DNA of 63,520 bases, counting the filler, from Rhabdomonas costata (taxonomy: Eukaryota): the NCBI GenBank assembly GCA_019059605.1. It is 36 parts of 36 records of this genome, joined end to end, with 100 filler letters (N's around TTAATTAATTAA, not from the genome) between each part and the next. Parts side by side here need not be neighbours in the genome. Positions count along the whole stretch, not along the records: positions 12,376 to 14,043 come from JAHMHO010010989.1; positions 14,144 to 15,810 come from JAHMHO010010990.1; positions 15,911 to 17,574 come from JAHMHO010010991.1; positions 17,675 to 19,341 come from JAHMHO010010992.1; positions 19,442 to 21,122 come from JAHMHO010010993.1; positions 21,223 to 22,889 come from JAHMHO010010994.1; positions 22,990 to 24,656 come from JAHMHO010010995.1; positions 24,757 to 26,423 come from JAHMHO010010996.1; 28 more parts are not named here. One strand, written 5' to 3'. The notes under the pieces are model-generated. The model ran no database searches, was not told the origin of the DNA, and saw nothing but the letters and a program-made list of their open reading frames with translations. The position numbers and the translations under genes were made by a program. This document shows positions 12,649 through 24,899 of the stretch, one piece after another. Numbering within the stretch: the stretch's first letter is position 1; the number at the start of each line of letters is the position of its first letter.

Positions 12649-14040
12649 CTTCCAAGTTTTTGAGAAGGACGGGCTGGTGGAGCACGGTGAAGCCCACCAC
12701 AAGGGTCCCGATTGTCTTCAGGTGCCCAGCGACGCCGTAGGTGATAGGTGAGGTGCGCCCAATGACGAGGTAACACGTCACGTTGACCCCTTTAGAAAAG
12801 CATACCAAATAACACATCCTCACATGCCCGTTGGTTTTGGTCGGTCAGTGTGGTCAATGGTTTCCTGTCGGAACAGACAATATGAACCTCCCCCTGAGTT
12901 TAGTCCAAAACTCGTAAATAGGGCTGATGCTTGCTCCCTCGAAACCCGACGAACCCCCGCCGCCCCTGAAACAAGGGGCACACCGAAGGCGGCCAGGCAG
13001 CTTAGCATCACCACGCCCATGGTGGGCAGGGTGGGAGGCCGGCTAGCCACGACTTGCAGCTCATGGCCCACCAGCACAAACACTGTGGTGAGAACCGCAG
13101 TGAAGGGGCTGACGTGCTGCAGCAGCTGCATCGCGCTGACCTCGTAGCGCTTCTGGATGTTGTTGTTCAGAACCTGTGCGTGTTTTCGCGCAAGCGTACG
13201 AAAACTAGGCAGCACAAGGGTGCGATGTGTGGAAGCGAAGCTCGTCTCAATCCTCTGGCGGCCTCGCGCATCTTCTGCGCCTATGAGCGGCATATGAGTC
13301 CGTAACTGTTGACCTCCCTGTTGCCCTCTGTCACAGAAGGATTACCACTTCTATAAATTTTGACTCACGCCAGCATGTTAGGGCACAACACATTACACGG
13401 CAAAAGATACTCACATGATGTGGGGAAACGCCAGAGTTACTTTGCTGTGTGGTCTCCTGGTGATGTCTATTGGGAAGACCAGTAGTTCCACTTCAGCGAT
13501 AAATCGCATTCGCCATTCATACGATCATCACAACAACAGAGATATTAGAGTCAGCGGCAGGCGCATGGGCACACAGGGCGGAGACCTGATACACCGCAGT
13601 GCAGATGGTTCTGAGAGAAAAGCGATGAGGGTAAAGAGAAAGCAACGAGAGGCAGTCACATGACCGCAAACTTCACGGAAGCTTGCGAAGGATGAACGAA
13701 GGCGAAGGTAGGAAGGAGACAACAGATGGTGCCGATATGGATCCTCTCAACCCGCATCATGTTAAAATAACTTTTCTGTGAGTTCTACTCATACCTGGAA
13801 TCGATTTGCAGCGAGTATTGCTGGGAGCCGTCCCACTTGTTTAAAGAAAAAACCCTTGCATTAGAAAGGAGGTTAAATCCCGATGTCAACAGAGACAGTT
13901 GAATCGCCAACTCAGAACGACACTGGCAAACAAAGCGCGCGCGCGTGCACACACACACACACACACACCCAATAATGCCGAACATGAACCCCAGCATGCT
14001 GAATCGGACCTCCGTGACGGTGGTGGCCATCACCCCAACC
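12649..14040 (-). CDS. Nucleotide-sugar/triose-phosphate transporter family (SLC35E3/URGT-like), internal exons including a 26-nt microexon at 13820-13795
   Basis: Spliced: VGVMATTVTEVRFSMLGFMFGII-AILAANRFQ-VLNNNIQKRYEVSAMQLLQHVSP...VMLSCLAAF-GVNVTCYLVIGRTSPITYGVAGHLKTIGTLVVGF. The motif VNxxxYLVIGRTSPxTYxVxGHLKT is typical of the family. Confidence 0.92.
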
Positions 14041-14180
14041 AACNNNNNNNNNNNNNNNNNNNNNNNNNNNNNNNNNNNNNNNNNNNNTTAATTAATTAAN
14101 NNNNNNNNNNNNNNNNNNNNNNNNNNNNNNNNNNNNNNNNNNNCCCGCCTCTGTTTCTTCTGTTTCTTCTCTTTTTGTGC

Positions 14181-14816
14181 ATGGATCCCGAACTCGTGAA
14201 ACGGGGTTGCGACATCGAACGTCTGGCGGAAGAGATCTTGATCGACGAGCAGCTGGTGCCATTGTTCACGTTGCTTTTTTTTGTGGGCGATAGTACGTTG
14301 AAACCGTGATTAAACTGCAAGCTGTAATCCATAAGAAGTGCAGCTACTTTTTCCTTTCTCGTTCCTTTTTTAATGTCTCAAATGTAATGGAACGTTGATC
14401 GGGGATCTGCAGTCATTTGCTTTCTTTCCGTTGTTTTTGTTGCCATCACCATCTCTCTTACACCGGGCAGCACTTCAGGTCGTTCGTTGAAGGCAGCAGT
14501 TGGTTGGCGGGGGGATGTCTTTTTTTTTGCCTCCCCCTCACTTTGGTTTTTTCTCCTTGCGCACACCTCTCCTTGTAAAGGAAACACCCCCCGTTTCTCC
14601 CACTCTCAGGGTCTCGTGGCGTTGTTTTGTGCTTCTCTTGTGTATCTGTGTCGTGGACCAAGCTCTGGAATAGTGCCATGTGTGAAGATTATTTGCTTTC
14701 TTTCGTTGCATATTTTGCGAGAGTCTCTGTAATTTTTTTTTGCAGATTGTTGATACGGACCGTCGAAGGAATCAGAACAGAGAGGCCCTTGCAGCTCTTC
14801 GCAAAGCAAAGCCGAG
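14181..14816 (+). CDS. PDRG1: p53 and DNA damage-regulated protein 1-like prefoldin subunit, first two exons (14181-14255, 14746-14816)
   Basis: Spliced: MDPELVKRGCDIERLAEEILIDEQL|IVDTDRRRNQNREALAALRK. This matches the PDRG1 pattern ExLAEExLxDxxxIVDxDxxRNQNRExLxAL. Canonical phase-0 intron. Absent from the ORF track. Confidence 0.8.
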
Positions 14817-15910
14817 GTGCAGTCATTTGCTTTGATTCCACTTTACGTCATTCTTGGCAAAACCCCACGGGTTCACGGATAAATTGATGTTGCCTTTCCT
14901 TCGTTCTGCGATCGTGCATTTTCAGACTGTAGTGCTGAAAATGCGCGTTTCCTACGTCCTACGCAATACCGGCAGTACTCGACTTCACCGCTTTTTTTTT
15001 ACTCCTTTGTCGTATGCGGGCATAGGTGTTTCTCTTGCTGGTTCAAGAACTAGGGGTATTTGCTGCCTATAACTGATAGAACTGATAAAGAAAAAAGAAG
15101 TGGGAAGCCGCACCGTTACTTCAGATAATCAGATTACTGAAGAACCCGATGGAGTCCCCCGCATTGCACCATTTAGCCCTGTGAGGCTTTTTCTGCTGTC
15201 CCAGGATGAGCAAACGAGGAGCGATTTGAAACTCGGATTTCTTGTTCCTCTTCCTCTTCTTCTTCTTCTTCTTTTAGGAAGACCTGGATGCTTTTGTTTG
15301 ACGACTGCTTCCTTCGCTTGTCTTCCGATGAATCAAGAAAAGTCTTGAGCGAAGGTGTCTTTTGATCAGGCTTCGCGAGATTTCTTTCCTTTCTTATCGA
15401 ATTCCCCATTCAGCAGGACATAGGTGTGCGTGAAGTGAAAGTGCTCATTCCCTGGTCACGTCATGCAGAATCGGCGTAAGTCTTGCCGACATCGTTCTTT
15501 CCATTCTTTCAGTGTGCACCACTCACTGCCTCTTTCTTCCGTACTAATCTGCCTTCCCGGAACATGGGTTGCCATCTGTTAAAGAACAGCCTATGCAGAT
15601 TTGCAATGCTGCTTAGCAATTGTTTTGAACTGCTGTATATTAAAAAGCATACACCCCCGATGTACCTTAGCACCAAAATCCTGAGAATGGCTCCTTTAAA
15701 GTCAAAGCTAAATCTGAAATTTGGTTCTGCTCATTCTATAGATCAAGCTCACCTGGATGCTGAGACTTTGTCCACAAGGGAAGCGATAAAGCAGAAGACC
15801 ACCACCCACANNNNNNNNNNNNNNNNNNNNNNNNNNNNNNNNNNNNNNNNNNNNTTAATTAATTAANNNNNNNNNNNNNNNNNNNNNNNNNNNNNNNNNN
15901 NNNNNNNNNN

Positions 15911-15995
15911 CACTGCGGCGACACACAGCAGGAAGAACACAAGGCCCACGATGAGGCCGGCCAGGTCCGTCGACCCGGGTCCGGACCCTAACCAG
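15911..15995 (-). CDS. Transmembrane-segment exon of an unknown single-pass protein
   Basis: GSGPGSTDLAGLIVGLVFFLLCVAAV, GC3-rich, running off the contig end. Confidence 0.35.
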
Positions 15996-17689
15996 CCGTC
16001 AAAATGGCAAATAACTTCACTGTAAAGTGCGTTCCTCGGAGTACTGGAAACAGCTCGTGTCAGCAGAACGCTTCCAGTACCGCTTTCAAACGATTCTTTA
16101 CGTGAGTTGCAAATGCACTGAATTTCAAGCCTAGAGACCCAAGGTAACGCCCCCAATTCTCCAACGTAGGGGGTTCAAAGTTATGGTCCCCCTAAAAGCA
16201 ACGCCCCTCTTCCCACACAATCTCTGCACAACGCTCCATTGCGAATTAGTACCGTTTGCCAAACTGCAAGCTGACATTAGATCACGTAAATGCTGAGAAA
16301 CAAGTGTCAAGTATATTATGAAACTTTGTATTATCTCCACCCCAAAACTGGTCTGTAACATCTCGATCAGTTCTTGACCCCATTTTTTTTCCGTTTGTCT
16401 GGTGCGCGTGCAATGCCCATGCAAATTAGCGAAGCCCACAGCTTTCTTTTTTCGCTTCTTTTGCGAGTTTTGGCAAATAAGCCTGGGACACATGGGACAG
16501 GCGGAGGTTCTTGGCCTGTTGTCTGGTGAACCGGTACCCCACATCTGACAACAGGACTATCCGTGCGACCCCACATCTGACATAGGACCCTCCGTGCGAG
16601 AACCCAGCTAGCGCAATAGGGGCAACTTTTCTATCCATCATCGCTCTCCTTCACGTGTGTGTGGTGGGTATCCTTTCCCTTTCATCGCATAAACATACAC
16701 AAACGCGAAAAAACAGACACGACTGTCAAAGAAGAAAAGCCGTTCGACGGTTCGAGTTTGCAAGTAACAATGCGGGATGGAAATGAGTTTTGCGCCGGGA
16801 AGCTGCGGGAATTTCCCCATGGATCTCCCATCCTTTCGCACTCGCAGTAGTTAAAACAGCCTTTTTAAAGGGGCGCAGAGCTGCTTTGTGGGGTCGAGTC
16901 CGTTTTCCATGCGCACACGGAGTGTTTCTGGACATAAACTTAACTAACTAAAATAATAAAATGAACTAAAATTGTACAGAGCTTCCTACTATTACTAAAA
17001 AAAGAAGAAGCATAGCCAGCAATGGAACGGAAAAATGAGTGCGTAACAGGCCTGACAGAACTACGTTTCCCCTGATTTTGTACCGCTCAGCCCTAGAGCG
17101 TGTGCTGCGTCTGCTCTAAGTCCCACTTTACGATGGAGCCATATTTCATTGTTAGATTCACACAATGGCTCTCGATCCAGCAACGTTCAGCCATGACCTA
17201 AAGACAGCAAAAGGTTAACGGTTAAGGTTGCTAGCAAACACCAAGTCCACCCACGGGTCCAGGATCGAATCCGCACTAATCATTTTTTGTTTGGTATTTG
17301 GTATCCGATAGCTTTCATGCCACCGCCAATCGCTGAATCGCTGCTTCCCTCATATACCCCTGTGAAAGGAATCTTTGCAATCTGATTTTTCTGCTGGGCA
17401 CAGAGTGACGCTATGTGCTACCGTCTCAGCGCAAAGACTTACCGAGAATATACCCCGCCCCGTTTTGCTCGATCCTCGATCGATTCAGTCGAATTGAGGG
17501 TTCAAAATAAAAGGTAGCCACCGCAGGAAGAAGACGATCTGCCAATTACTTTGCCTCTCCAACGCCCAACAACCNNNNNNNNNNNNNNNNNNNNNNNNNN
17601 NNNNNNNNNNNNNNNNNNTTAATTAATTAANNNNNNNNNNNNNNNNNNNNNNNNNNNNNNNNNNNNNNNNNNNNCTGCATGTGTGTTCA

Positions 17690-19270
17690 TAGACGACAAT
17701 ATCGTCAACGCACGTGTGGATGCGTTGGTGGTGTTATATTAGGAGGTTGAATAAAAATTTTAAATGCAAAGAAGTGTATGTTTGCACAGCCAGAAGTCGA
17801 GTATTGTGGATTTATTGTGGTGAGAAATTGGATTAAACCCCATAAGATGAAACTGATGGCTGTGCGCAAATGACTGCACTTACTGTTTTATCGTGTTACT
17901 GGTGTTTTAACATGGATTTGCAAAGTTTAAACAACAGTGGAAGCTACACTGACGAACACAACGAGGAAGAAATAGTGGGATTTGTTTCATTCCAGAATTA
18001 AAAAGCCAATTGTGCTTCACACGGATGCTTCAAATGTTGAGCTTGAAGCCACTCTCTTACAAGTCAAAGATTAAAAGATGCACTTGGACACGAAAAAACA
18101 TGTATATCAGAAACGTGATCACAGATCTTTGTTATATCTTGTGGCTATATATATGACCAAAATGTAAATAATTCACTTTGTGATATTAGACAGTGGCAGT
18201 TTCCTCATTGCAAACCACACTGTTTTTTACCCAAACATCCTTCACTACCCCAACTGCATAGAAAAGTACCAAGTGAGTTGGAGGGATATGATAGCTCTAA
18301 TGGATACGCTAGAAAAATGGATGTATATTATTTTGGGTTCATATGTAAGATGTCACACGGATAACTAGCCGTTAAGATTTTTTGCAGAAGACACCTTATT
18401 TCGCTGAGGCAAGTGAAGATCTCCCACATTTCAGCAGGGCAAAATGTTCGTGCGGATGCCTTATATAGGCACACAGTGGACAAGGCGAATCCACGTTTTG
18501 CAGATATGTAGTGTTTGCTGAGTTTTGAGACGTTGAGGTTGGATATAACGCTCTGTGAACCTATAGTGGTGTCAGAATCAGATGAATATGAGGATTTGTT
18601 GGCCGGCTACTCACTTACTACAAAGTGGCACCATGGTAGAATTTTGGAGCTGGTGAAGATTGTGGTACCAAGATTCTCACGCAGCAGGGCATTGTGCAGT
18701 GTCCCGGATGGACGCACTGATCAGGAGAACTTACGCATTCAAGAACATCAATGGAAATGTGCGAGATTATTTGCGTTCATGTGATTTGTGTAAGAGCTGC
18801 AAAGCGTACCACCATTTACAATGAGGACATACACAGTTGTTTGAGGTGCCAGTGATGAAATGTGAATCAATTTCAATGGACTTTGTTTCCATTCCACAGG
18901 GCCTTTGGATGTTTTGGGAAAAGTGCAGGTTGTGAATAATGTGTTGACCTTTACACACCAGGATGAAAAGATGGTTATGGCGATACAGCGCCATACCAAA
19001 ATGAATTCACACGAAATTGCAGAGTTTTTCTGGTGGGTGTTTGCATAATTCCGTAGAGATAGTGGACCTATCAGATCTGTTTACAGGTGCCGCAGTGATG
19101 ATAATTTGTACGTGATCTACTCGCTGTTTTGGCTTGAGTTATGGAGGCACAATAGGAGTATTGTGAGTGACCGAGATCCACTTTTCATTCAAGTGGAGAG
19201 GTCTTGAGGCATTCTTTGACATCTCGATCAGAATATTATTGCCGTATTATCAGCAAAAAAAACGTGAAGA
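17690..19270 (+). mobile_element. Decayed Ty3/Gypsy LTR-retrotransposon pol (RT end, RNase H, integrase)
   Basis: Motifs in Ty3 order with stops and frameshifts: LNAKKCMFAQPEVEYCGFIV (RT); HTDASNVELEATLLQ and KYQVSWRDMIALMDTLEKWMYIILGSYVRCHTDN*PL (RNase H); GQNVRADAL; CDLCKSCK (integrase zinc finger); ESISMDFV and IVSDRDPLF (integrase core). Confidence 0.92.
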
Positions 19271-19333
19271 CAAAAGACCTCTCCACTTGAATGAAAAGTG
19301 GATCTCGGTCACTCACAATACTCCTATTGTGCC
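19146..19333. repeat. 60-bp perfect inverted repeat at a contig end (19146-19205 and 19274-19333), probable amplification fold-back chimera
   Basis: The right arm is the exact reverse complement of integrase-coding sequence and is followed directly by a C/A-only tail. Confidence 0.85.
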
Positions 19334-19596
19334 CCCACAACNNNNNNNNNNNNNNNNNNNNNNNNNNNNNNNNNNNNNNNNNNNNTTAATTAATTAANNN
19401 NNNNNNNNNNNNNNNNNNNNNNNNNNNNNNNNNNNNNNNNNGGGTGTATGTGTGTGTGTGTGTGGATGGGCACGGCGCACACCCTCACCCCAATGCCCGT
19501 CGTGTCGTCCAGCACGAACAGCAGCGAGCCAACAAAAACCAACAGGTGTGAAGAAAAAGCAGCACAAGGACACGCCACGGCACACCGCCAAGGCGC

Positions 19597-19598
<2 letters not shown>

Positions 19599-19630
<32 letters not shown>
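19599..19630. repeat. (TG)16 microsatellite
   Basis: Seen directly. Shorter (TG/CA)n tracts occur at about 13948-13968, 19450-19463 and 47522-47539. Confidence 0.95.
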
Positions 19631-19634
<4 letters not shown>

Positions 19635-21399
19635 TGCTTTGAGGGATTTCTGTGTGCGTGTGTGTCTCAATTTTACGTGAAGCTTTTTTTAGCGCGAAGT
19701 AGTCGAAGCCTCGGGGGGAGGTGTTTTGTCCTATCCCAGGTTCGTGGTAGGAAGCCTGGTCAGGGCCACGGTCTAACCTCAGAAAAGGCCGCCAAAACGG
19801 GGGGAGGGGTCCGGGGAGGAGGGATTTACCCCTTCTCCGGAGTAGGTGTAAACCATAGGGCGATAAGCCGTTGCCTCTCGTTTCATTACGGGACCCTTAG
19901 CGCTGCGCCCTGACTTGTAATGATGTTTGAGTTTTTAAATTCTGTTTGTTTGTGAAGAAACAAATGTATCTATATCTTTTCTTGGATAAGGCTTGCGGTT
20001 TGCGCCGTCCCTGCTTTTAGCTTGAACGAAGCCGCTGAGCAATTAGATTAATTAGATTGAGCAAATAGAATCCAGTGGGGTAAGGCGCGTAGGATGTTCA
20101 ACAAGAGACAGGCAAAAACACATACCCCGCACAAATCCCAACCCGACTCAGGCACACAACCCCCCCCTCTATGCGCAGCAAAGGGGAGGACCTCACCTCG
20201 AAGCAGATCTCTTAATTTTTCAGTACAAAACGCCGGCCTCTGCAAGAACGTGTCCGTTGGGAAATTAGAAGAAGCTAACTAAGGAGCTGTTACTTTCATC
20301 TTTTCTTGCCCAATACTGGAAATGTGGTCTCATGTTCCTGAAGGTAAGGTGTTTAGAATTTAGTTCAGGACTAGAATGTATTGCTTTGAGGATAATTTGA
20401 AGATTGTTCCAAAATATTTAGATTCTTTCGGGGTACCAAGACATCCCGGACAAGCAAAACTTAACTTGACCCAACAGTTCACAGTATCGCCGAAAATGTC
20501 TGGAAAAATTTTTTAGGTCACAGCTATAAACATTTAGAAATTCTATATCACCGCTATAAAAAATTTTAGCACCGCTGTAAATTTTTTGCATTTTTGAATT
20601 GTATAGCATGGCTAGCGTTGCGATAAAAAGGGGTGGACATTTAACAAACTTAACCGCGAAAAAGTCCCACTCACAAGGCAAGAGCTCAGGCAGGCGGGAC
20701 CGTGCGAAAAACTGGGTCTTGAAGCCCAAAGCCTCCACGACAGGAGGGGCATCCCCTGAGCGCGTTTTGGTACCAGTGGGGTGGTCTTTCATTATGTTGT
20801 ATTTTTGTATTACTTGTTACCCACGTTGGATGTATCTACTGGACCTACCTACTATCTGCTCCTGGAGGAAATCATCTGACACCAGCATCCTCCCTCAGGC
20901 AGCACTAACCTCTTTTCTGAAAGTCCCGACGGTTGCATTTCCTGCGCAGCCTAAAACGGAAAGCAACCATCTCCTTCTGTTGACTTATATACTTTTTTAG
21001 CGTGGAAGAGATTTCAGCAACAAATTTCAAGGCCAATTTCAAACAAACCCGTTTCTCAGCCAAGGCTTTTGAGCTGTTTCCAAACGCCAACTTTGCTGCG
21101 GCCGCCCTGAAGTCAGCCTGCGNNNNNNNNNNNNNNNNNNNNNNNNNNNNNNNNNNNNNNNNNNNNTTAATTAATTAANNNNNNNNNNNNNNNNNNNNNN
21201 NNNNNNNNNNNNNNNNNNNNNNAGGGGGAGGGATGGTCGTGAAGTTGGGACAATAACAATTATCTGAGCAATTGCATTTGAAGGTGTATGAGAGCCACTC
21301 ACCTGGAACCGCTATGATCGGCAGCGGGTTGGATTTGGGCTTCGAAATGCTGTCGCTTGGACTTGCGAGGTATGGGGAAAGGAGGGGTGTGGGGGGCAG

Positions 21400-22794
21400 G
21401 CAACGTGAGGCGGAGCGTCGGCGTCGCCGCGAGCGCGAGCTTGAAGAGGAGCGCCGCCGGTATCGGGAGGACGACAGCGCCCGTGGCGTGGCCTTAGTGA
21501 TGATGAATGACATCCGAGGTGTCGTCGTATCCTGCCCCCCTTCAAGTGCTGTAAGCCTCTCCCCTCTTGTCTTCTCCTGTCGGGACATTCTCTGAGCAAT
21601 CTTTTTCTCCTCGCCTTTTTTGTGTATGTGAAGAAAAGCCGCCCTGATTTTGCAGATAGTGCTGCATGACGATAGATGGCCCTTTACTTTTGCGAATCAA
21701 AAAGAACCACCAGTGCCAAAATAAAACCCCAAAACAATCTCCTGCGTCTTGGGCTCGTTGGGGACGCCGCGAGATTTCTCCACTGGTATTGTCAGGTATT
21801 TCTCCATCGGTGTCGACACTCTTTGGGGGTTTTGTGAGGAACCGCTCGCAGGCAAAAGAAGCGGAGAAGAAAGGAGTAGGCAGAAGGCGGAGGCGAGACG
21901 AATCCCCCTCTCTCTGCCCCCCGAAAACACTTGTGATCTTTGGGGTTTCTTACCAAAATGCTTGAACCCTCTCGTCCTCCTTCCCCTTTCCACAGCAATG
22001 TTTAAGGAGCTGCACAGCTCTATTGTCGAGACGGAGAAGGAGCGCGCCCTGCGTGACGAGAAGTACCGCCGCGAGCGACAGACCAGGCACGCCGACTCCC
22101 CTGAACTTCTGCTTGGTTTTCCTTGGTTTGCAGCCGCACGGCCCTTTTTCTGCGACCATCACCCTTGGTCTTCCACAGCGGCGGCCAGCAGTCAAGGACC
22201 TGTGCACCGTAATAGGGATGTGCAGGGTGTCCGAATCGCCCCACTTTTTGATGAACGCTCGGCGACGTGAGGAGCTGGTGCCAAATGCAAATTTCTCGTT
22301 GATTTCTCTCCGGTCTGATCCTCTTAGCGCCTTCCTGTGGGCAATTCTGTGCTTTACTCTTTGGAAGGGACGAGAGGTACGTTCAAGAGCGACAAGATCG
22401 TGAGGACCGCGACCGAAAGCTCAGGTTGGTTTTGAGTTTTGGGGGTTGGTTTTGAGCTGTACTTCCCTGTAAAAAGGAACGCAGAGGCTCGCCTCCCTTG
22501 GGTCAGGCTTCCTTTAGAGTAGTTTTGTATTGATGCAAACGCTGCCCCTTCCCCTACTTCTGATATTTGGAGCCGAATTGGAACATGTCGCCTCTAGAAA
22601 CACCCTTCACCTCACACACCGACCGAAACGGTAAAGGGGGTCAATCAGTTTCCAAAGCACTTGGACAATGTCGCCCCTTTTTCTGGGTGCCTTCGGCTTT
22701 TCATTGTTTTTGCAAACCCTTGCATTTGTTTTCTTAGTGATGAGCGTGAGGAACGGCACTGGCGACTTCTGGAGGAGCGTGAACAGAAGTACAG
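21400..22794 (+). CDS. Arg/Glu-rich charged coiled-coil protein, at least 4 exons
   Basis: QREAERRRRRERELEEERRR; MFKELHSSIVETEKERALRDEKYRRERQT-R-DERYVQERQDREDRDRKL-S-DEREERHWRLLEEREQKY. The phase-2 junctions fit, one of them needing a GC donor at 22087. Confidence 0.7.
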
Positions 22795-23609
22795 GTGCCC
22801 ACTCTTTCTTTTTCCGCGCTGCGTTCCCCACAATCCCGCGTAGCGTTCAGGCCGCTCGCCCCTCATGCGACACCGCATCGCTTGGCGTGNNNNNNNNNNN
22901 NNNNNNNNNNNNNNNNNNNNNNNNNNNNNNNNNTTAATTAATTAANNNNNNNNNNNNNNNNNNNNNNNNNNNNNNNNNNNNNNNNNNNNTGTGGTTGGGT
23001 GGATCCGTCTGAACACAAGTGTCTTTTGAAACGACAGGCGCACGCAGAATGCGGCTCGGTGCATTGTTCTCATTGTTTTGTTGTGGATGGATTGGCATCT
23101 TTCACGGAGTTGACCAGGGGGATGTTTTTGTCTGATGGTCCAGCGTGTGCATTTCATTTGTGTTTTTTTGTCATTTTCTTGTTTGAATGACCCATTTTGT
23201 TTTTGTTTGAATGACCGAGAGTTTCAAAGGACATTTTTGGTGGTCGTGAAGGGTGGTGGTTACTTTCTGGCACATGACACAGGCTGAAGTAGTATGCCAA
23301 CCATTTGATTTGTTTATCTCTGCAGGTACAGGGCCTTCGCTCTTGGACGGGTAACTGGGCCCGAAGAACTTCCATTATCTATGTCCACATCCATATCCAT
23401 TAAAGAATGTGGGGATCCCTAAACACAGCTCGGCTACTTCACGTAAGGCAACTCAAGGCCTAACCCTAACCCTGCAACAGCGGCCAAAAAAACGCAGTCC
23501 TGCGAGCATGAGCGCCCATTCTATACTCCGCTGAGACCTGGGGGAGGGGAGAGAAGGGGTCCGGGATGGACTGTGGGGCACCCCCTCGGGCCTTAGTCGT
23601 CCACACGAC

Positions 23610-24405
23610 CTGCAGGAATGCGCACAGGGCACTGGTGGTCCAGCACAGCGTCAGCGCAGAGGGAAACGCATACGCTGCCACGCCGCCCATCGTCGTCACC
23701 ACAGTGATGGGGAGCATCCGAGCCAAGGCTCTGCATCCCCAGCCCCCCGCGATCAGCAACACAGCAACACGACACTAGCACAAAAGCAGTTCTTTTGGAC
23801 TTGAAAATGGGCGGTGTGCTTCTCCGTTTTGAGCCATTTTGACACGGAAAGAATAAGAACAGGGGTCATTCAGTTGCGTTGGTCCAGAACCAGCGCAGCC
23901 CAGGGGTTGTCAAGGTCATGTTTTGGCGTCATAACCCATCTGAGCTGTGTATCGCGTCTTGGCTAATCGGGCGTTGTGCGTTTTGTATTTCCAATGGAGG
24001 TCAACATGAAAATGGAATAACACTCTAGTTCAGTTGGACACGCTGCCACCCAATTTATCCTGAAACTCTGGATAAATGTGATTAGGGACGATCCCACGTC
24101 CACGAGAGCCTTTCTGGCAGGAAGCCGCTGAGTCTAATGACCCCCTTCCTCTTCAGCATACTGCGCTCGGGCAGGGGCTGTGGCGAGTGCAGGGTTACCC
24201 CGCAGCGAGAGCTCCATGGCAGCCCACTGCAGCAGCACAGCCACCACAGGCAGCACACAGAGAGGGTCAGGCACGGTGAGATTCGCAGCCCACGGGAGTC
24301 CACCCGAGGCAAGGATGACACGGTACCGCCCACCTAGCAAGTCCAGCACGCTCACCAGGAAATAAGTCTGGCACACCGCGAGAGGCCCTGCGAAGACCAA
24401 CCCAA
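23610..24405 (-). CDS. YidC/Oxa1/COX18-family membrane insertase, two exons
   Basis: LASGGLPWAANLTVPDPLCVLPVVAVLLQWAAMEL matches GGxxWxxxLTxPDPxxxLP, and FPSALTLCWTTSALCAFLQ matches PxALxLYWxxS. The exons join in frame with a GTATG donor at 24161. Confidence 0.88.
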
Positions 24406-24899
24406 GCACTCACACAAGCGTAGAATTCCGTGGGATGCAGTGGCAAACATGGGCACCGCAACAGGTGCCCATACCCGTCGAAATCAAACGCTATCAGAAA
24501 CTTTGGTCAGTGTTTCACACACACCACCGTTATGCAAGCCATCTCTAGGGCTGTGGTGTGGCATGGTGTGGAACTGCACAACGCTAATTGTCTGAAAGCA
24601 TCTGGATCAGCATCCATGGCCAGTTAGCACGCCAACAAGTTGAGTGCCTGAAAAAANNNNNNNNNNNNNNNNNNNNNNNNNNNNNNNNNNNNNNNNNNNN
24701 TTAATTAATTAANNNNNNNNNNNNNNNNNNNNNNNNNNNNNNNNNNNNNNNNNNNNGTTGTTGTGGAAATTTCTTGGGAAATATCCAGAGTTCTAAATTG
24801 CGGCTGTAAATCAGCTAATTTACTACCGTTCTTGTGTCGGTAGAAGTGCCGAAGGACTTCCGCAGGCTTCCAGATCAAGCGGCATTATTTGCGCCCCAG

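Noticed and set aside
15173..15409. Poly-Glu ORF on the minus strand
   Set aside because: It derives from a (CTT)n tract, probably within a PDRG1 intron, and has no other support.
23459..23473. Telomeric (CCCTAA)n repeat
   Set aside because: Only about 2.5 units and internal to a contig.
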